Shown: positions 48,501 to 55,900 of the stretch, piece by piece
Position numbering within the stretch: the first letter of the stretch is position 1
How the letters are laid out: every line of letters starts with the position of its first letter
Assembly: GCA_050287085.1 (NCBI GenBank)
Contig: JBNKBE010000029.1
Span: 1-64,000, forward strand
Direction: 5' to 3'
From: Polyangiaceae bacterium
Lineage (GTDB): Bacteria > Myxococcota_A > Polyangia > Polyangiales > Polyangiaceae
DNA: 64,000 bases
The notes under the pieces: generated by a model
The model's database searches: none
Told to the model about the DNA's origin: nothing
The model's input: the letters and a program-made list of their open reading frames with translations, nothing else
Made by a program: the position numbers and the translations under genes

Positions 48501-49829
48501 GGCTATTTCAGCATCTCATCCGAAAACAGCGGCCTGGTTTGCGACGTGCGCGACCGTTCCACGACCGATGGCGCAGACATCGTCCAATCCACCGATAGCG
48601 GCAACGACAGCCAGCAATGGTTGGTGGGCCTCGCCGCCGAACCACAACCGACTCCAACAGCTCCGACAGACGTGACGGCCACGCCGGCTTCGATCTACCA
48701 AGTCGATTTGTCTTGGACGGCCAGTAGCGGTGCGGTCAGCTACAACATCAAACGGGCATCCACCAGCCAAGGCCCCTACACGACTGTCGCCCGAGGCGTG
48801 AATACGACGAGCTACACGGACACCGATCTGCTTGCCAGCACGACTTATTATTATGTGATCGCGGCAGTCAATGGTAGCGGTGAAGGGGCAAAGTCCGAGC
48901 AAGCAGAAGCCACGACATTGACAGGCGCGCCGGATGCTCCGACTGGGGTGACGATGATATTAGGTACGCATGAAGTCGTATTGAGTTGGGCGGCCACCGG
49001 CGGAGCGACCAACTACAGCGTCAAGCGCTCGACCACCAGCGGGGGCCCCTACACGACGCTGGCCACTGACCTGACGGGCACGACCTACACCGACACGAGC
49101 ATCGGCCAAGGTGACACCTACTATTACACGGTCGTCGCGAACAATGCCGACGGCGCCGGACTGGACTCCGCCGAACTCACCTTGGGCGCGGACACTCTCG
49201 GCGTTCACCTGAACTTCGATGAGACGGACGGTGACACCGCTATCGATTCCAGTGGCTATGACCACAACGCCACGCTCATCAACGACCCCAGCTTTGGCGC
49301 GGGCATGATTGACGGCGGTCTCCATTTCGCTGGAGCCTCCTTCCAATACGCCGCCCTTCCCGAAGGCATCGCCAGCGGTCTCACCGACTTCACGATCTCT
49401 ACCTGGATTAGGGTCGATTCTTTCGCGACCTGGCAGCGCATCTTCGACTTCGGGACCGGAACAGACAACTATATGTACCTGACCACGCAGGGTGCCGCGG
49501 GTGATCGACTGCCCCGCTTCGTCATCCTCGTCCCAGGCGACCAGCAGTTCGTCGACAGCTCCATCGCCCTCACGACTGACGTCTGGACCCATGTCGCCGT
49601 CACCCGTACCGCCGACACCGTCTCGATCTACATCGACGGAACTCTGGCCGGTTCGGACGCGATCACGCTTGCCCCCTCCGAACTTGGATTCACCACGCGG
49701 AACTACCTCGGCAAGTCCCAGTTCGCCGATCCATATTTTGACGGCTCACTCGATGACTTTCGCATCTACACCCAGTCCATGAATGCCACCGAAATCAGCG
49801 CCTTGGCGCAACTTTCCGCCGGAATGTAA
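45513..49829 (+). CDS. Large modular polysaccharide-lyase-like lipoprotein (alginate-lyase-like + FN3 + F5/8C + ricin lectin + LamG)
   Basis: SVAC lipobox; Thr/Asp linker; FIHP, GQMGETGRDWGH; FN3 repeats; RDPKDWQFQGS; QxW repeats; WQRIFDFG...LDDFRIY. Confidence 0.85.
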   Translation: MHLINNAPYGLLVASLALSMSVACSSGGANNSSDTDTGISTGADTDAGTDASTGTDTDTGTGTDTDTSTDVDASTDTDTSTDVDTSTDTDTSTDADTGTNEDPDTDEEPYVDTGPDGFIHPSLPTTLEELDTIKANLDKEPWKSGYAALAADGRSQLGYVMGGPFRVVKRNPHENLWPWRGDMSAFYQLARMWYFTGDEAYAEKAREIIIAWATTHEVFGGNESGLDLGDYAIAYGGGASILRGTWPGWTREDTITVQNYFRNILWPATAAPNNISGPANKGSLNLVAGAVIAVFCDDTEMFNHVVDVFRNYPGAGLPNILATGQMGETGRDWGHAYNDLLARTLTAEILWKQGIDVYSASDNRLLAAGEYHARNTSSFDTPFVPYGTVDYTYYANAGGLNSQDRGAYYLLQNAYKNRLGLPTPWIDRKIKEQGVHGGNFMFAKTADFSTATAPPVDPRPAVSPASNGLTLTTLGGQTEGRSASYSDGVWTVTGLGSGVWTDGVDDSQFVYREMSGDCAMVAQVTSTTFSGSQNGKIGLMIRDNLVGEVSQRSWIGIVATESDDHLIEARSDGWTVTWGGGNWAKRSQGLPLPLPYWLKIERKDDVITSYTSQDGTSWSPIVSSDFGNLPSTVYVGIHVSSGTETPNTATFENLSYTGGTGGLVTTPAAPATLLASGSDKAVTLRWLPSFGATAYDILRSTISGSGYEVIASDLPADKTSYVDTDVILDTTYYYVARAKNSAGTSENSPEFYAAPLSVPLMMLSLTGGSPDDQAGNAANAATAFDDDFNSFWFNEGTTGWLQYDFGTNSAQIIKRYTITSATLIPERDPKDWQFQGSHDGSDWTTLDTQADQTFEFRAHQNTFDIENSTAYRYYRLNITANNGDADFLHLSELGLWGDNGRVIPDGLYRIASRSSNKVMQVKGSTEGAPVVQQAFDGSDSQLWNIQWQGEGRYNFTHVGSDQALDNGGTSDPDENLVIQPSGGSDSQLWTLVPNADGYFSISSENSGLVCDVRDRSTTDGADIVQSTDSGNDSQQWLVGLAAEPQPTPTAPTDVTATPASIYQVDLSWTASSGAVSYNIKRASTSQGPYTTVARGVNTTSYTDTDLLASTTYYYVIAAVNGSGEGAKSEQAEATTLTGAPDAPTGVTMILGTHEVVLSWAATGGATNYSVKRSTTSGGPYTTLATDLTGTTYTDTSIGQGDTYYYTVVANNADGAGLDSAELTLGADTLGVHLNFDETDGDTAIDSSGYDHNATLINDPSFGAGMIDGGLHFAGASFQYAALPEGIASGLTDFTISTWIRVDSFATWQRIFDFGTGTDNYMYLTTQGAAGDRLPRFVILVPGDQQFVDSSIALTTDVWTHVAVTRTADTVSIYIDGTLAGSDAITLAPSELGFTTRNYLGKSQFADPYFDGSLDDFRIYTQSMNATEISALAQLSAGM

Positions 49830-49956
49830 GCTCCTGAAGCGCACTTGCGACGGGATCGCACCAGTTGATTGAAGTGGCGGACACAGTGACGGAAATGAAG
49901 CCGATTAAGCACGCCTTTGACGCGGGGATTAGAGCACAACGCGGCGTTGAGTTCTG

Positions 49957-50928
49957 ATGAGTGCGGCGTCCTTGTTCGCTATGTGGGAGCTGGGCGTGCC
50001 TTCTCCCTGGGCGGCCTTGGGCGGGTTCGCGCTGGCGGTGCTGTTTGACACGTGGCGCGGCGAGTTGCCGACCGGCGTGCACCCAGTGGTGGCAATGGGC
50101 ACTATGATTGCACGGCTAAAGTCATGGGCGTTGCGCGGTAGTGCGACGCGGCAGTTGTTGGCCGGCGCTGGGGTCGTGCTATTCGTAGTCGGGGGCAGTG
50201 CGGCGGCGGCGTGGCTCAGCATTCGGCTGTGTTGTCATGTGCTCTGGCTTGAGACCGTGGTCTGTGCGTATTGGATTGTTTCGGCGTTCGCGCTCAAGGG
50301 GCTGACCGATGCCGCATTCGTGATGGAACGAGCGCTGCATTCCGGTGAAATAGCGACGGCGCGTCGCGGGCTGGGCAGCTTGTGCAGTCGCGACGCCGCG
50401 CGGCTCAACGAATCTCAGCTGGCCGCGGGTACGTTGGAGTCCATTTCGGAAAACGCTTCAGACAGCGTGGTGGCGCCGTTGTTCTTCTTGTGCGCATTCG
50501 GCGTTCCCGGCATGGTTGCTTACCGCGCAGCGAACACGTTGGATGCCATGTTGGGATACCACGGAGAGCTGGAATATGCGGGCAAGGCCAGCGCTCGGCT
50601 GGATGACGTGCTGAACTGGCTGCCGGCGCGATTGACCGCCGCGTTATTGCTGCTGGCGGGGCTGTTTCTCAAATTGCCGGTTCGCCGCGGGTTCTGTGCG
50701 GTCCGCAGCGACGCGGGAAGGACAGAGAGCCCCAACGCCGGTTACCCAATGGCGGCATTGGCAGGACTGTTGGAGGTGTCACTGGAAAAGCCAGGTTGCT
50801 ACGTGCTGGGGCCCGGCTTGCCTGCGCCCAATGTGCGGCATTTAGAGCCAGGCGTGCGTCTGGTCCGCGTCGCGTGCGGGTTGTGCTTTCTGCTCGTGTT
50901 TGGCGTGTTAGCTTGGCGTGCATGCTAA
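49957..50928 (+). CDS. cbiB: Adenosylcobinamide-phosphate synthase
   Basis: HPVV..G; ES.SEN.SD.VVAPLF; YRAANTLDAM.GY; ARLDD.LNWLPARL; SPNAG. Confidence 0.92.
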   Translation: MSAASLFAMWELGVPSPWAALGGFALAVLFDTWRGELPTGVHPVVAMGTMIARLKSWALRGSATRQLLAGAGVVLFVVGGSAAAAWLSIRLCCHVLWLETVVCAYWIVSAFALKGLTDAAFVMERALHSGEIATARRGLGSLCSRDAARLNESQLAAGTLESISENASDSVVAPLFFLCAFGVPGMVAYRAANTLDAMLGYHGELEYAGKASARLDDVLNWLPARLTAALLLLAGLFLKLPVRRGFCAVRSDAGRTESPNAGYPMAALAGLLEVSLEKPGCYVLGPGLPAPNVRHLEPGVRLVRVACGLCFLLVFGVLAWRAC

Positions 50929-52001
50929 GTACGCCCATTGCCGACGCTTTCGTCACGGCACCTCAGGTGCATGGGGACGTCGCGGAACATGAGCTGCAGG
51001 CGCTGGGGCTCTCTCGCGCCGAGGTGGTCGACTTCGCGGTGAACATCAACCCGTACGGACCGCCCCCCGGTCTGGCTGAGCACCTCGCGGCGTGTGACGT
51101 CAGTCGCTACCCCGATCGACATTGTCGCGCACTGCTAGATGCACTGTCCGAGCACACAGCCTCGCTTCGTGCCAAGATCTGCGTCGGCAACGGCGCGAGT
51201 GAACTGCTCTGGGCCGCCATTCGCACCTGGTGTCCTCGCGGCGGCAAGCTGCTTACGGTAGAGCCGACCTTCAGCGAAGCCCTCTCCGCGGCCAAGAGCC
51301 AACACGCGCAAGTGGTTCAATGCTGGCTCGATGCTGCAGACGGCTTCGCGCCCAATCTGCAACGCCTGCGCGAATGGCTGCAGCGCGAGCGGCCAAACCT
51401 CGTGTACCTATGCCAACCCAACAACCCCACCGGTCAGTACTGGCAGCCCGCAGGGCTTGTGGCTTTGGCCCGGTGTTTCGCTGAAGTGACCTTCGTTTTG
51501 GACGAAGCGTTTCTCGCGCTCAGTGAGTATCATGGCGACGCGGGCTTCACGTGGCCAGACAACATCGTGCGTATCCGCTCGCTCACCAAAGATCTGGCGA
51601 TTGCCGGTTTGCGTTTGGCTTACGCCTTGGCGGACGAGTGTCGCGCCGCAGCACTCACCGCGCAGCTCCCGCCGTGGAACGTCAATACCCTGGCACAGGC
51701 CGCGGGGGTTTACGGGCTTCAGCACTGGCAGCACGTCGAACAGTGCCGCTCGGCGCTGCTGGCAGACCGCAGCAACTTGGAAGCAGGTCTGAAGCAACGA
51801 GGCTTTCACGTGCTGTCCTCCACGACGATTTTCGTCTTGGTTCGTGTGCAGAATGCCGCCGTCGTTCGGGCGGAATGCCTCAAACAGGGCGTTCTGGTGC
51901 GTGACTGTACCTCGTTCGGCTTGCCAGAGTGGCTGCGCTTGTGCGCGCGCCCGGAGACGGACAGAGCGCGCTTGTTCGCCGCTTTCGAAGCGGACGGCTA
52001 G
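50922..52001 (+). CDS. cobD: Threonine-phosphate decarboxylase (PLP class I/II)
   Basis: HG..DF.VNINPYG; RYPD; GNGASE; PNNPTG; DEAF; RSLTK..AGLRLAY; overlaps cbiB. Confidence 0.8.
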   Translation: MLSTPIADAFVTAPQVHGDVAEHELQALGLSRAEVVDFAVNINPYGPPPGLAEHLAACDVSRYPDRHCRALLDALSEHTASLRAKICVGNGASELLWAAIRTWCPRGGKLLTVEPTFSEALSAAKSQHAQVVQCWLDAADGFAPNLQRLREWLQRERPNLVYLCQPNNPTGQYWQPAGLVALARCFAEVTFVLDEAFLALSEYHGDAGFTWPDNIVRIRSLTKDLAIAGLRLAYALADECRAAALTAQLPPWNVNTLAQAAGVYGLQHWQHVEQCRSALLADRSNLEAGLKQRGFHVLSSTTIFVLVRVQNAAVVRAECLKQGVLVRDCTSFGLPEWLRLCARPETDRARLFAAFEADG

Positions 52002-52112
52002 ACCGCTGCGGCGCACGGCTTTTCGCAAGTACAACTCTTACAAACTGAACATTCGCTGATCGGAGACGCCGCACTAGGCGGCGCCTCCGTCGATCGCTCT
52101 ATCAGGAGAAAA

Positions 52113-52775
52113 ATGACCGTCATCGTTCACCACTTGGAGCACTCTCGCTCACTTAGAATCCTGTGGCTCCTCGAGGAGCTCGCTGTTCCCTACGAGATCA
52201 AGAGCTACGCGAGAACTCCGGAGTTCCGCGCTCCCGACAGCTTGAAGCAGATCCATCCCTTGGGGCGTGCCCCGGTGGTGGAGACGGACGGTTTAGTGCT
52301 CGCAGAGTCTGGCGCCGTCATCGAGTACTTCACTGAGCGGGAGGGCAAGCTGAAGCCGAGCGCAGGCGAGGAGCTGCTTCGCTACCGGTTCTTTCTGCAC
52401 TACGCGGAAGGATCCGCCATGCCGCCACTGCTCGTTCAGTTGATTGCTGACAAGCTTGCCGAGGCCCCGGCGCCGTTCTTCATCAAGCCAATTCTGAAAG
52501 GGGCCGCCAACAAGCTCGAGGAGAACTTCTCGGGGCCAGCGCTGCAGCTCCATTTCGGTTTCGTCAATGCTGAGCTCCAGGGGCGCTCGTACTTCGCTGG
52601 TGAGGGCTTCACGGCGGCCGACATCCAAATGTTCTACGCCGTGGAGGCTGCGCTCCAGCGGGGTGGAGCGCGGAAGGCAGAGTGGAGCAATCTCCGGGCA
52701 TGGCGCGAGCGGGTAACCTCCCGCGCTGCGTATCGGCGCGCTGAAGAGCGCGGGGGGACGGCGATGCCGAGCTAA
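52113..52775 (+). CDS. Glutathione S-transferase (Gtt1-like)
   Basis: HLEHSRSLRILWLLEEL; HPLGRAPV; ESGA; HYAEGS; FTAADI. Confidence 0.92.
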   Translation: MTVIVHHLEHSRSLRILWLLEELAVPYEIKSYARTPEFRAPDSLKQIHPLGRAPVVETDGLVLAESGAVIEYFTEREGKLKPSAGEELLRYRFFLHYAEGSAMPPLLVQLIADKLAEAPAPFFIKPILKGAANKLEENFSGPALQLHFGFVNAELQGRSYFAGEGFTAADIQMFYAVEAALQRGGARKAEWSNLRAWRERVTSRAAYRRAEERGGTAMPS

Positions 52776-52929
52776 GAGGGGTTGGCACGACTCGGTCCAG
52801 GCGCAGCTGCCCGACGTCGCCCGGTGCCTCAGGGCACGGACACTGCCCGCGCGTGGGCGGCGGGCCGCCTGGCCCGGCCGAAAATCTGGGGTCCGAACTG
52901 GAGTCCAGGGGTCCTGAGGTGTTAGCAGG

Positions 52930-55900
52930 ATGGACCTGATGGAAGGCAAATTGACGAGCGAGTTGCGCGAGACGCAGGACATCAGTCAGCGCCAGATTCT
53001 GCTGTATTCCGACCCCTGGGTGGACGGTAATGTAGCGTTTGGTCTGCGTTGGAGCTCCGCTAGCCACCTGACCCAGCTGTGCATCGAGCTGGTCCGATCC
53101 GGCTACGATGTCACCGTACTAGGTGGGACCGGGCTAGGTGTCGCCCAGGGGGAGTCAGGTGGGATCTCTGTGGTCGCCTTCGAGGCGAGCGAGCTCATTG
53201 CTGAATTCGGGCCCAAGAAGCCGAGCGGGGAGGAGTCCGGACCGTCTGCCTACGTGAACTACCTTCTAGGTAAGCTGCCAGCGGATTATCAACCGGACAT
53301 CATCATTGGTTGGGACTCGGAGCTAACTCACTTGTTGGCGGCGTATCCAGAAGCTGTGCCTTTGGTCATTGGCCCCGGCCTACTATCGGGGACACCCTTT
53401 CCCGAGACTTGTTCGGTTGGTTTCGGAGTATCTGCTGAGGCAACGCTCTCGTCCTTGACGCGCCGCCTGCGAGGGCGCGAACCCACACGTGCGGAAGAGG
53501 ATGTCCTTGACGGCGTGCGCGCCTTCTTCGGCCTTGGTTTCATTCTCCCGCAGAACCCGCTCAGTCGTGAGCAGCTGGACCCGGAGGGTCGGTACCGGCG
53601 GCTCGTGGCACTCGATTGGGATTCTGTAGGTGCCGCCGTCGCTCCCGGCGACGATGAGTTAGTGACGACCATTAGGGTGTTGGCGGCGCTCGGTGAGGAT
53701 ACGGGCGTCGTGCTATGTGGCGGGCGTCGCCTGGACGGGGACCTTCGCGAGCTGCTGCGCTCTCGTTTCTCTAGGGTGATCGTGCGTGACGAGATAGTGG
53801 GCGCAACGGACGTTCACAACTATCTGGTACCGCTGGTTGATGGTGTACTGTCATGCGATCGCCAGTGGGTGGGAGCAGCGCTCTTTTGGGGTAAGTTGGT
53901 CTTCGCTCTGGCTGATTCTTGGCCAGCGTCCCTTAGCGCCAGCTCGTCGCTCGAGGGCCTGCAGGAGGAGCTAGATCGCGTGGCGTCCTTCGCATGTGAT
54001 GGTGTCTTGGCTGCGATCTTACCTCGCGCGGCAGTCCCATGGGCGACAGTCCTCTCAGAAGGCTGGTTGGCGGGCATGCTCCAGCGGGCGACCCGCGCTG
54101 CTGTTTCGGAACGTGTCGCCGTGACTCTTACCGTCGAGGATTGGCTCGCAGCTATTTTGCGCAACGCACAGTTCGCCGATCCCCAACCCGTGCTCGCGGC
54201 GGCGAGCCCATCCCAGCCCGCGTCGATAGGCGAAACGATCGTTGCGGGGGGGCACTTGGCGGTGTGCTTCGACGTCTTCGGAGTTCTGCTGCAGCACCCG
54301 TTGCAGCGCGCTAGCGATGTCTTTGAGCTCGTCGCGGCGGACGCCCTAGCGGAAGGGTTGGCTGTGCACGGGTTCGCACACGATCGCGCGGTAGCCGAAC
54401 AGGTGTGTCGAGAACGCGTGACGCGGAACGACGGCACCCAGGGCAGTGCGATTACGCTCGACGACATTTACAAGGAGCTGGCCCTCGAAACGAGGCTGCC
54501 TGAGAGTCAGCTAGCGCGGCTGCGCGAAATCGAGCTGGAGTGCGAGGGTCGACTGGTGCAGGTGCGGGCTGAGGGGTGGGCCGCCTACCAGGCAGCATTG
54601 GCTATCGGTAAGCGGGTGCTTCTGTCGTCCGAGAGCTACCTTGGCAGCGAGGACTTGCGGACGCTGCTCGCTGCGGCAGGTTTCGATCCGTCTGAAGCAA
54701 CCCTGGTACCAGCTGCCGACTCTCGCGTCGGGGGTGGTGGTGAAACGCTACTCCGCAAAGCCATCGCTGAGGCCGCTTGCGCCCCGCATCGCCTCTTGAT
54801 CGTTAGTGAAAGAGCGGGCTTCTGTGAGAAGGCACGGCAGCACGGTCTGGATGTCCATGAGTTGCGGGAGTCCGCGACCGTGCTACGAGAGCGACTCGGA
54901 AACGTCGCTCCGTTTGACGGCGGACTAGAGCAGTCAGGGTTGCCTATCTCGGCTTGGTTCGGCCTCTGCACCAATCACCTGGCTTCCCGTTCCGTAGCGC
55001 GCAATGACGGCTCGTTGTTCGGCGGCGACGCACGAACACTTGGCTACGTTGGGCTCGGGCTGTTCGCCGCTGGATTTCAGCACTGGCTTCAGCGTGAGTG
55101 CCTTGCGGGTCAGGTTGAGACGGTGCTTTTTGCACCTCGGGCAGCCTTTCTCGTGCAGCAATGCGGTCGCGTCCTGGGCACTCGTGAGCAACCTTTCAAG
55201 GCACTGATGCTGGACCTGCAGCCCGGAGAGGAGCGGCTGGCGTGCCTGGTGTCTCGCGAACACATAAAGCTTGCAGGACTCGCCAGCGGCCTCAATGAGT
55301 CTTTGGAGGGCTTCTTCGCTGACGCGTTTGGGGTGAGTGTGCGGCAATTGCCGACGGTTAATCTCTTAGCATCAGGGTTCTCAGGCTGGGACAGCCGCGT
55401 TGACTCCTTGTCTGCCGTGCACGCTGCGATTTCGCTGGCACTGACGGTCGCGCCCAGGTTGCTGGACTTGGCGGAGACGGCACGAAAGAGATTGGGGGAG
55501 CTCATTCAGGGGAGCCCCGTGTCGCTTGCCGGCTGCGCTATCGCAGACGTCGAGGGCGACGGGGCCCTGCAACGAGCGATCCATCGAACCTGCGGGGTGC
55601 TGCTCAACGGCTATCAGCTCTTCACCACGACTCGTGTCGCGGACCTCGAGCAGCTAGGGGCTAGCGTGCGAGGTTACGCTTCGCTGGGCGCGATGCGGGT
55701 CAACCCGCCAACTTTCTCCGGGCGTCCTCTGAGTCTTCTCACGGCGCTGTTGGTCGATGCTTCCTCAGCTGAGACCACCGCAGACAGAGGCTTGATGGGA
55801 GTTCCGCGCCAGGCAGTTGTCGCCGATGTCCAGGGGGGGATCATGGCGTTTCTGCGGGACTACGAGCGCCTTTTCGGTCGGTATGGACGGCGCATGGCGG

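Noticed and set aside
49830..49956. Cobalamin riboswitch upstream of cbiB
   Set aside because: The intergenic region is short and I could not see the conserved GGGAA / GCCACTG B12-box elements.
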